Notes under the pieces: generated by a model | What the model was told of the DNA's origin: nothing | Database searches by the model: none | What the model saw: only the letters and a program-made list of their open reading frames with translations | Shown: positions 37,001 through 48,700 of the stretch, piece by piece | Layout: each line of letters begins with the position of its first letter | How positions within the stretch are numbered: the stretch's first letter is position 1 | Program-made: the position numbers and the translations under genes | NCBI GenBank assembly: GCA_026770705.1 | Contig: JANJGN010000150.1 | Span: forward strand, 434,001 to 498,000 | Length of the DNA stretch: 64,000 bases | Source: Isurus oxyrinchus | Lineage: Eukaryota | Direction: 5' to 3'

Positions 37001-39705
37001 CCTGGTTGAGCACCATTTCCTGATTTATTTTTACGCCAGACAGAAATGGATAATTGTTGTAGCAAATGCTTCAGCCTTATCTTTTGCCCTGATGTGCTGG
37101 GCTCCCCCTTCATTGAGGATGGGGATATTTGTGGATTCCCCTCCTCCAGTGAGCTAATTGTCCGTTACCATTGGATACGAGCATTAGTGGACTGTATTAG
37201 ACCATTATCGAAAATGAAAGCCGGACTCCAGTATGGCCTCACTATGATGGATATGACAACTCGATTTCCAGAGACCATCCCTTTAGGAACAATTACAGCT
37301 AAAGTAGTAATAGGGAAGTTAACCCAATTTTTTACCCATTATGGATTACTGCTGGAGATCCAGTCAGATCAAGGTTCCATCTCTATGTCTTAAAATTTTC
37401 TGAACATAATGAGTAATTTGGGTATAAAACAGTTAAAGTCCACAGCATATCATCCATAGACACAGGGATCTTTAGAGAGGGACCAACAAACACTCAAAAC
37501 AATGATTGAAGCTATTGTCATGAACTCCCCATGACTGGGACAAAGGACTGGATTTTCTTGTATTTCCCACACGAGATTCACCAACTGAATCGGCAGGTTT
37601 TAGTCTTTTTGGAATAACTTATGGACACGAGATAAGAGGCTGTCTGAAATACATCAAAGAAAGATATTCCGGACAGAGGGATGAATCCTCTATTTCAGAT
37701 GATGTGTCCATGTTTCAGGAACGGCTCATAGGAGCCTCCAAAGTGGCACAAGAACATCTTATAGTTTCTCAAACAGAGATGAAGGAATGGGGCAGACAGG
37801 CAAGCTGTGACCCGAACATCACAACCAGGGGGATGACGTGTTAGTATCATTGCCTTGGCAGGGGGAGCCTCTGAAAGCGCGGTTCAGTGGTCCCCACAAG
37901 GTAATTAGGAGGGTTGGTCAAGTAAATTATTTGATAGACACCCCAGATTGTAGAATAAAGAATCGGCTGTGACACATCAATATGTTAAAACGATACCATC
38001 GTAGGGAGGGAGGTAAAAAGGAGCAGGTATTTCATTTCCAACCAGATTCTGCATAGATTACAGAAAGGTTAATGCAGCAATAAAACCAGATTCCTACCCA
38101 ATCCCCTGTTTAGAAGATGGTATTGACGGGGTTGGCAGTGCCATGTTCCTTACTGAGATAAATTTGTTGGTAGTGGGGGGTGTTCGTGACCATCAGTGTG
38201 GAAGGGTTAGGTTTACAGGTTACACAGACCACACACGCACCAACAGACACACACACACATGNNNNNNNNNNNNNNNNNNNNNNNNNNNNNNNNNNNNNNN
38301 NNNNNNNNNNNNNNNNNNNNNNNNNNNNNNNNNNNNNNNNNNNNNNNNNNNNNNNNNNNNNNNNNNNNNNNNNNNNNNNNNNNNNNNNNNNNNNNNNNNN
38401 NNNNNNNNNNNNNNNNNNNNNNNCATGCACANNNNNNNNNNNNNNNNNNNNNNNNNNNNNNNNNNNNNNNNNNNNNNNNNNNNNNNNNNNNNNNNNNNNN
38501 NNNNNNNNNNNNNNNNNNNNNNNNNNNNNNNNNNNNNNNNNNNNNNNNNNNNNNNNNNNNNNNNNNNNNNNNNNNNNNNNNNNNNNNNNNNNNNNNNNNN
38601 NNNNNNNNNNNNNNNNNNNNNNNNNNNNNNNNNNNNNNNNNNNNNNNNNNNNNNNNNNNNNNNNNNNNNNNNNNNNNNNNNNNNNNNNNNNNNNNNNNNN
38701 NNNNNNNNNNNNNNNNNNNNNNNNNTCAGTGCTGCACTGGAGTCTCGGTGTCAGCTCCGATTCTGTGCTGAAGGAAGGTAAACTCCAGATCAACAAGACC
38801 CTGAATTGGATGAGCAAAATCCTTAACAGAGAATTGTAGATTTACCCCTCAGTGCTCCATCGATTAAATATAATTCATTACAAAAACAGAATTACCTGGA
38901 AAAACTCAGCAAGTCTGGCAGCATCGGCGGAGAAGAAAAGAGTTGACGTTTCGAGTCTTCATGACCCTTCGACAGAACTTTAGTTCTGTCGAAGGGTCAT
39001 GAAGACTCGAAACGTCAACTCTTTTCTTCTCCGCCGATGCTGCCAGACCTGCTGAGTTTTTCCAGGTAATTCTGTTTTTGTTTTGGATTTCCAGCATCCG
39101 CAGTTCTCTTTGTTTTTATCTCTGTGTTTAATATAATTCATTGCCTGTCAAGCCCTTGGGGACATCCTGAGGATGTGAAAGGGAGTTTCTTTAAATCTGG
39201 ATGGGCAGGGTCTCTGGTGGGAGAATGCTCCTGCAGTGTGACAGTTTACATAGGCAGTGCCCATTGTAAATGTGACATAGGAACTTATCTTGAGGGAAGG
39301 TGCCTAGAAATGCACACAGGCATCAGATACAGAGACATGATGCATGGAGTCTTGCTGTGCACAGTGCTTGCTCACATTAAACACTTGATTTGTTCTTAGA
39401 TGCACCACAGAATCTCTCAATTACTTCTCTTGATATGATTAACGCTTCATGGATCAATATAATTGAGGGGAATTCTGCAGAGATAATCTGCTCTGTCGAG
39501 AGCTTCCCAGCTTCTAACCTGACGTGGCAACATCTTAATGTCCCAATGAACAGAACAAGTTCCAACAATGAGCTGTGGTTGGTGATTCCTCACGTTACAT
39601 CCAGGGACACTGGAGACTATCAGTGTGTGGCAGAGAATGAACATGGAGCAGTGGAGGGATTCATAACCATCACTGTGGAATGTGAGTTAATGCAAACTTC
39701 AACAG

Positions 39706-39769
<64 letters not shown>

Positions 39770-42700
39770 CACACACAAACACAGATACACGCACACGTGT
39801 CAGCTCCCTCTCCTGTCTCAGTGCTGCACTCGAGTCTCGGTAGCAGCTCTGATTCTGTGTTGAAGGAAGGTAAACTCCAGATCATCAAGACACTGAATTG
39901 GATGGAGCAACCTCCTGAACAGTGAATTGTAGGTTTATCACCCAATACCCCATTATTCCAAAGCAATTCCTCCATGGTGAAATCTCCGTGAACATCCTGA
40001 TCATGTGATTTTCCTCTAGCCCAAAAGTGTCTCCTCTGGTGGAAGGCTGTAATTACAGCGTGACAGTTTACATATCCACACGCAGCAAGAGCTGAACAAC
40101 ACTCAGCTTGGGCTGAGAAATGACAAGTAATGTTCACATCACACAAGGACCAGGCAGTGATCATCTCCAACAAGAGAGAATCTAACCATCTCCCCTTGAT
40201 ATTCAATCACTTTCACATCGCTGAATCCCCCACAATCCACATCCTGGGGAATGTTAACCAAACAACTAACTGGACCGGCCATAAATACTGTGGCTACAGG
40301 AGCCGGTCAGAGGCTGGGAATTCTGTGGGGGTGAAAAACTCACCACCACCTCCTCAAGGGCAATTAGGGATGGGTAATAAATGCTGGTCTAGATAGATAC
40401 AGCCACTTCCCATGAATATGCAAAAAGGAACACACTGGCAGTGAATGTTACAAATGGTGACAGAGAAAATTATAATGGAGAAAGAAGCCTTGACATGCAC
40501 ATAGACACCAGATGGAGAGAGATAATACCTGGAGTCTTGCTGTGCACTGTGTTTGCTCACAATGAAACCTTTATTTGTATTTAGATGCACCACGGAACCC
40601 ATCAATTACTTCTCTTGATATGATTAACGCTTCATCGATCAACATAATTGAGGGGAATTCTGCAGTGATAATCTGCTCTGTCGAGAGCTTCCCAGCTTCT
40701 AACCTGACGTGGCGACATCTTAATGTCCCAATGAACAGAACAAGTTCCAACAATGAGCTGTGGTTGGTGATTCCTCACGTTACATCCAGGGACACTGGAG
40801 ACTATCAGTGTGTGGCAGAGAATGAACATGGAGCAGTGGAGGGGTTCATAACCATCACTGTGGAACGTGAGTGTGGAGATACATTTGTTTGTTTGTTGTC
40901 TCCGTGGTCTCCGTGGAGCCATTGGGATCGTGTTGTTTTTAATCCAGTTTTCTTCAATCCTCGCTCAGTCCACATTATCCACACACCCAATTTTTCCTCT
41001 CCCTTTCTGTTTTTGGTCTCAGTTTCTCCTTCAATGGTTGTGAGGACAAGGCTGTCAGGTCTTCGTTTCCAATCTCCGTACTTGATGAACTTTCTCTCTC
41101 TAACTGTCCTGAACAACCCTTTTAATTGCTGAACGTCTCCTCTTGATCTCAGCCACTCATTGGTCTTTCTGTCCATCCAGCTGATTCTGAGCATCTGGCA
41201 GCATCTGTGGAGAGAAAGACAGGGTTAGCGTTTGGAGTCCGTAAGACTCCTCTTCAGAGCTAAAGGGAAGTAGACATGTGGTGAAATATATCCTGTCTAA
41301 GGCGGGGCGATGGGACAGGTGGAGCTGGATAGAAAACCAGCGATAGGTGGAGGCAATGGAGAGATTGTGGAAGATGTCATAAACAAAAGGTCAATGGGTT
41401 GTTAACAGTGGTGGTATTGGATAAAGGAGGTGCTAATGGTGACATTAAGCAGAGTGTGATAATGGGCGGACCAGGGTAAGCACTCTGGAAAGAGACAGAT
41501 GGCCCTCGTGGGGGTGTGGCAGGGGGAGGGGACGGTGGAGGGAATAAAGATCGAAAATAGACTAAAATCTGCGGTTTAACACAATCAATAAAATGGAAAT
41601 GAATTTCAAATAATAATAATAAAAATAAGTGGAAAACAGTCAACAAATAAAACAATTAAAATGAATATATAAAAAAGGGTTCAAAAAGCAGTGAAGATCG
41701 AGGAGAGAGTTCATGATCTGAAAGTGTTGAACTCAATATTCAGTCGGGAAGGCTGTAAAGTGCCAGGTCGGAAGATGAGGTGCTGTTCCTCCAGTTTGCG
41801 TTGGGCTTCACTGGAACAATGCAGCAGGCCAAGGACGGACATGTGGGCATGAGAGCAGGGTGGGGTGTTAAAATGGCAAGCGACAGGGAGGTCTGGGTCA
41901 TGCTTGTGGACAGACCGAAGGTGTTCATCAGAGCGATCACCCAGTCTGTGTTTGGTGTCTCCAATGTAGAGGAGACCACATTGGGAGCAGTGAATGCAGT
42001 AGATTAAATTGAAGGAAGTCTGCATGAAGCGCTGCTTCACCTGGAAGGAGTGTTTGGGTCATTGGACAGTGAGGGGGGAGGAAGTAAAGGGGCAGGTGTT
42101 GCACCTTCTGTAAATACATGGGAAGATGTCATCGGAGAGGGTTGAGGTGCTAGGGGTGATGGAGGAGTGGACCAGGGTGTCCTCGAGGGAATGATCCCTG
42201 TGGAATGCCAATGGGGTGGGGGTGGGGGGGGGGCGGATGTGGTGAAGGGAAGATGTGTTTGGTGGTGGCATCATGCTGGAGTTGGCGGAAATGGCGGAGA
42301 ATGATCCTTTGAATGAGGAGGCTGGTGGGGTGAAAAGTGAAGACAGGAGGGACCCTTACATTGCTCTGGGAGGAAGAGGAATTTGCAAGGGGGGATGCGC
42401 GGGAGATACACAATCTCCAACTCTTTCTCAACCATTAAGATGCTCCTTAAAACCATTAAGACACACCGTTAAAACCTCCTGCTTTCAGCGAGCTTTTGCT
42501 CACCTTTCCTAATATCTCCTAATGTGACTCAGGGTCAGATTTTGTCCGAAGGAGGTGAGAAATGATGGAGGGAATTCCAGAGGTTAGGGTCCAGGCAGCT
42601 TAAGGCACGGCCGCCAATGGTGGAGAGATGGGAATGGGAGAATGTCCAAGAGTTCAGAATTGGAGGAGCGCAGAGATTTCGGAGAGCTGTGGGGTGTGGG

Positions 42701-45700
42701 GATTACCTGCTGATTGTTCTCTGTCTTTGTTCCAGATCCCCCACAGGAGACGATGGTGTCCATCAGCAGATCCTCAGGTGGGATAAGAGAGGGAAGCAAT
42801 ATCACATTAACCTGCTCCAGTGAAAGTGTCCCACCGATATCTCATTACACCTGGTTCAGGATCGAGGGGAACACCAGCACCCAGTTAAATACAAGTAGCC
42901 GCACTCTCTCCTTCACTCCTGTAACACGGGAGAATGATGCAGGTTTCTACTGCACAGCGAGGAACCCAATGGGTAACAGCATCTCCAACATCACCCACCT
43001 GAACGTACAATGTAAGCATTTTACTCCCCCTGTCTCTGCTTAAAACTCAAACACTTTCTGTCTGAGGGCAGCTTCCTTGCTGTGGTTTAGCATAACTAGC
43101 ATCACCTCCCTGCTTTTTTCACCCTGCGCCTCTCCGAGATACATAAGGAGATATCAGAACAGGGACTGAAAGTTCAGAGAAAGAGGCCAGATTTTAAGGA
43201 GTGTCTGAAATGAGGAGAGAGATAGACATGGAGAGGTTTACGGTGGGAATTCTAGAGCTCGGGGCCCAGGCAGCTGAAGGCACGGCCGCCAATGGTGGAG
43301 CGATAGGAATCGGGGGATGGTCAAGAGGCCGGAATTGGAGGAACACAGAGATCTCGGAGGGTTGTAGAGGCTGGAGGAGGTTACAGAGATAGGGAGGGTT
43401 GTGATGGCTGGAGGAGGTTACAGAGATAGGGAGGGTTGTAGGGGCTGGAGGAGGTAACAGAGATAGGGAGGGTTGTAGATGCTGGAGGAGGTAACAGAGA
43501 TAGGGAGGTGTGTAGGGGCTGGAGGAGGTTACAGAGATAGGGAGGGTTGTGGGGTCTGGAGGAGGTTACAGAGATAGGGAGGGTTGAAGGGGCTGGAGGA
43601 GGTTACAGAGATAGGGAGGGTTGTAGATGCTGGAGGAGGTAACAGAGATAGGGAGGGAGTAAGGAGGAATTTGAAACGATGTAAATTTTAAAATTGTGGC
43701 ATTGTCGGACCGGGAGCCAGTGTAGCTCAGTGACCAACAGGGAGTGATGTGTGAACGGGACTCGGTGTGAGTTAGGACATGGGGACAGCAGAGTTTGGGA
43801 TGAGCTGATGTTTCCGGAGAGTGGAAGATGGGAGGTCGGGCAGGAGAGTGTTGGGATAGTCGAGTGCGGAGGTAACAAAGGCGGGAATGAGTGTTTCAGT
43901 GTTAAGATTCTATCTTACGCTCTAACTTTGCTATGAAGTTGTCTCATTGTTGTCCTTCCCTCCTCAGATAAGCCGGAGATTTCCCAGCAGTCGGAGTGCA
44001 CTCGGAGGTCAGAGGGGGTCACCTGCGTCTGTGTGGCCAACTCCAACCCACCCGGAGACCTCACCTGGCACCTGCCCAGTGCCAAAATCAGTGGTAACCA
44101 AACACACGGAGGTTTTGTGTCGTGGCAGGTCAGAGATGGGCATCTGGTGACTGGTTCCCTCACCCTGATGAGACCCCAGGATGAGGGGGGAGTGATGGCA
44201 TCCTGCTCGGTTCAAAACCCACACGGGGAAGCCATGTTCAAGATGTATCTGTGGGTCAAAGGTGAGAGACTCGCTCAGGATCGATCTCCACTCAGCTGGA
44301 TTGATCCCTAAACTCGAGAATTCCCTCCCTCAACCTCTCCACCTCTCTCTCTACCTCCTCTAAGATGCTCTTTACAATTGACCCCTTTGACCAAGCTTTG
44401 AATCGCCTGACCTCATGTGACAATGGCAACTCTTGGTCAAATTGGAGCCAGGCCGTTCAGTGGGTGATGTCAGGAAGCACTTCTTCACACAAAGGGGAGT
44501 GGAAATCTGGAACCCTCTCCCCCAGATAAGCTGCTTCATTGGGTGCAAGACAGAAAGCTTTGACAAAATGTCCTTTCTCAGCAATACTCAGGTTCTCCTC
44601 CCAAACGATAAAATATTTTATATAAACATTTCATAGATTACATTGATAAATATTATATATAAATGTTACATAGATTACATTGATAAATATTATATATAAA
44701 TGTTACATAGATTACATTGATAAATATTATATATAAATGTTACATAGATTACGTTGAGAAACGCAACAGCTGATTTGTGCAGAGCAAGATCCCACAAACA
44801 ACAGTGTGAAGATGAGGTGATAAATGATTATTTTAGTCATGTTAGTTGATACATATATATAGAAATTAAAGATATAATTACACATTTAGTGAGGGAAACC
44901 TGTCCATTTTAACAGGTCTGGGTGTATATGTGACTCCAGTCTCAAACACCAACATGGTTAACTCTTACCTGCCCTCTGAACTGGTCTCCCAGTTTGGGAC
45001 AAACCAGTGGTTCAGGAGGAAGACCCCCCACCACCTTCTCAAGGGAAACTAGGGATGGACAATAAATGTCAGCATTGCCCGAGAATGAGTATTTAAACAC
45101 TGAGTGAGTGTATCGCTTCTCGAGATACATCGGAGCATCATTGTAAACCTGTAGTGCAGTAATTAATGGCTGTTTTTACAGGTAGAGACTCCAGTAAATG
45201 GACAGTAGGATTGTTCACGGCTGGGATCATGTTGAGTGTTTTCCTGGCTGGAATCTTCATCTTCATCTGTGTGAGAAAGTAAGTCTGAAGATTTAACTTG
45301 ATTTTAATATAAACATTTGTTTAGGATTAATTGGACAGTTTTTACAAAGGGCCAGCACAGGCACGATGGGCTGAGTGGCTTCCTCCTGAGCTGTGAGATT
45401 TTAAATTCTTTCATCGAATGTGACTGTCACTGGCGTGGCCAATACTAATTGCCCATTCCCTAATTGCCCCTTGAGAATGAGGTAGTGAGATGCCTTCTTG
45501 ACCCGCTGCAGTCCATGTGGTGTAGGTACACCCACAGTGCTGTTAGAGAGGGAGTTCCAGGAGTTTGACCCAGCGACAGTGAAGGAACGGTGATATATTT
45601 CCAAGTCAGGATGGTGAGTGACTTGGAGGGGAACTTCCAGGTGGTGGTGTTCCCATGTGTCTGCTGCCCTTGTCCTTCTAGATGGTAGAGGTCGTGGGTT

Positions 45701-48700
45701 TGGAAGGTGCTGTTGAAGGAGCCTTGCTGAGTTGCCGCAGTGCATCTTGTAGATGGTACACACACTGCTGCCACTGTGTGTTCATGGTGGAGGGAGTAAA
45801 TGTTTAATGTGGTGGATGGGGTGTCGATCAATCGGGCTGCTTTGTCCTGGATGGTGTCAAGCTTCTTGATTCTGTGCTTTGTGCAGAAGTGATTGAAAGT
45901 GACAGTCCAGTCGTTGGTGTAAGGTTACAGTGGGCTCTGTGTCTGTGCTGCACTGACTCTCTGCTATATGATAACCACAGTGTGATATTGTGTTATTTCA
46001 GGAGAAAGACAGCGATGGAGGAGAGAGTTTCGGGGACCAGTGACATTGCATTGACCCCCAGTCCACTCTCTGTGAAGCACCAGGTACAGGAGCTGTTTAC
46101 ACTCACTCCAAAGCTTCAATCTCAGTGTGTAGACAACACATGTCCCAGATTGCCAGCCCTGTTACCCACTGATTTGTACCTGTGGAGTCAGCAATGGTTC
46201 AGTATCATGCTGTCTCTCTGTTATGACACAGCAACTGGTAAAGGCTGTTGTTTAAAATCCCAGAGGGAAACTTTAAACAACTGTCATAAACTATATTTCC
46301 CAGTGGAATGTTTGAGATGCATCTCTAAATTCAGGAATAAGACCACCAGTTCTCGAGATGGGTTTATATCAAACTAAATGAGACATATATTAATTTACAC
46401 AAGTTAAACATATGCACATGGCTACAAACTAGTATTATCATAACTTTTTAACAAATTCTCAAACTAATCTCCTCTAAGACAACCCATAGTCTTTAAGCAG
46501 ATTCCAGGCATTTTCACCTCTCAAATTCCAGTCTCTCTCTCTATCTCAACCTCCCTTTCTTTCTCTCTCTTTCTCTCTCTCTCATCCTCTCTCTGATTAC
46601 AAGGTGCACGTTAATGAGCTTCACACCAGAAACTTGAGTGAAGAATCCAAGCCGTCACTCACCAGAGCCATTACCGAGGGAGTGCGAGACTGACAGCGGG
46701 TCAGTACTGAGGGAGTGCGAGACTGACAGAGGGTCACTATTGAGGAAGTGCTGCACTGTTGGAGGGTCAGTCCTGAGGGAGCACTGCACTGCCATAGGTG
46801 GTTTCTTTCATAAGACATGGGAGAGAGAGTTAAACCCACTGAGACACGACTGACATTAACGAAGCTGCACAATAATTTAACCCTATCAGTGCCAGTAAAT
46901 AATGTGAGGATGTCTTCTGTTTCCATTTCTCTGTAGGGTAAACAGAACGTGCTGATTACTGAGCCCCGGAACACAACCAGAGACACAACTAGCGAGGGGG
47001 AGACCCCAGCTCCCCGGGGTCCCTCTGAAGGTGCAGTGGGAGGCGATGCTGGACTTGGGAACCCCGGCAAACCTGAAGAGTTTCTCTACGCCAATCCCCA
47101 AGTTTTGAGGGTGTCCAGTGGTGATGGGTCTGTCCACAGGGAAGAGGAGACGGAATACGCACAGATCAGGTTTGAGCATAACTGAATGAGAAATGGGGAG
47201 TGGGAGTGAGGAAATGTGGGTGTGCGGGTAGGGATTGAGATTCCTGGGAACAGGAAACAACCCACTGGGGGAGAGGGGGAGAGAGGGAGGAAGGGATGGA
47301 ATTGGGCTACGGTTGGTGTGGTTTGGAATGAAATGCTTCTCCAGAGAGGACTGGATGCTGAGCCATTGGGGAGTGAGATTCACTGTCTCTCTCTCTTTCT
47401 CTCTCTCTCTTCCTCTCTGTCTCTCTCTTTCTTTCTGTGTCTGTCTCTCATTCTCTATCTCCAGCTCCTCCTTTAAGATGCCCGTTAATAACTGACTTTG
47501 TTGACTCAGCAGTTGGTCTCCTGTCCCTAATATCTCCTCATGTGCCTCAGAGTCAGGTGAAATGTGACTAACAATCCCCGGATGAGCCTTGGGACATTTT
47601 GCTACATTGAAGGTGCTATATAAATGCAAGTTGTTGCAGTAACTCTGATCTGCTTCGATTAACAATGGAACCACAGAGGTTCCTTCGACAGGGCGTGTGT
47701 GCAGCAGGGTCACAATAAATACATTGAGCTGTGAGGTTTTTAATTCTTACATCGAATGTGGCTGTCACTGGTGATGTCCGCATTGATGCCAATCTCTAAC
47801 TGCCCTTGAGAAGGTGGTGGTGAGCTGCCTTCTTCACCCGCTGCAGTCCATGTGGTGTAGGTACACCCACAGTGCTGTTAGAGAGGGAATTCCAGGATGT
47901 TAACCCAGCGACAGTGAAGGAACGGTGATATATTTCCAAGTCAGGATGGTGAGTGACTTGGAGGGGAACTTCCAGGTGGTGGTGTTCCCATGTGTCTGCT
48001 GTCCTTGTCCTTCTGGATGGTAGAGGTCGCGTATTTGGAAGGTGCTGTTGAAGGAGCCTTGCTGAGTTGCTGCAGTGCATCTTGTAGATGGTACACACAC
48101 TGCTGCCACTGTGTGTTCATGGTGGAGGGAGTGAATGTTTAATGTGGTGGATGTGGTATGGATCAATCGGGCTGCTTTGTCCTGGATGGTGTCGAGCGTC
48201 TTGATTCTGTGCTTTGTGCAGAAGTGATTTAAAGAGAGAGTCCAGTCATTGGTGTAAGGTTACAGTGGGCTCTGTGTCTGTGCTGCACTGACTCTCTGCT
48301 ATATGATAACCACAGTGTGATATTTTGTTATTGCAGGAGAAAGACAGCGATGGAGGAGAGAGTTTCAGGGACCAGTGACATTGCATTGACCCCCAGTCCA
48401 CTCTCTGTGAAGCACCAGGTACAGGAGCTGTTTACACTCACTCCAAAGCTTCAATCTCAGTGTGTAGACAACATATGTCCCAGATTCCCAGCCCAGTTAC
48501 CCACTGATTTGTACCTGTGGGGTCAGCAATGGTTCAGTATCATGCTGTCTCTCTGTTATGACACAGCAACTGGTAAAGGCTGTTGCTTAAAATCCCAGAG
48601 GGAAACTTTAAACAGCTGTCGTAACCTATATTTCCCAGTGGAATGTTTGAGATGCAGCTCTAAATTCAGGAATAAGACCACCAGTTCTCAAGATGATTTT

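Noticed and set aside
38110-38839. ORFs spanning N-runs (also 56738-57607 and 60374-61448)
   Set aside because: Open only because Ns contain no stops.
46050-46068. LTPSPL in cytoplasmic exon 1 as a decayed ITIM (LxYxxL)
   Set aside because: It would need two substitutions (TAC to CCC) and no Tyr-containing copy is present in the window.
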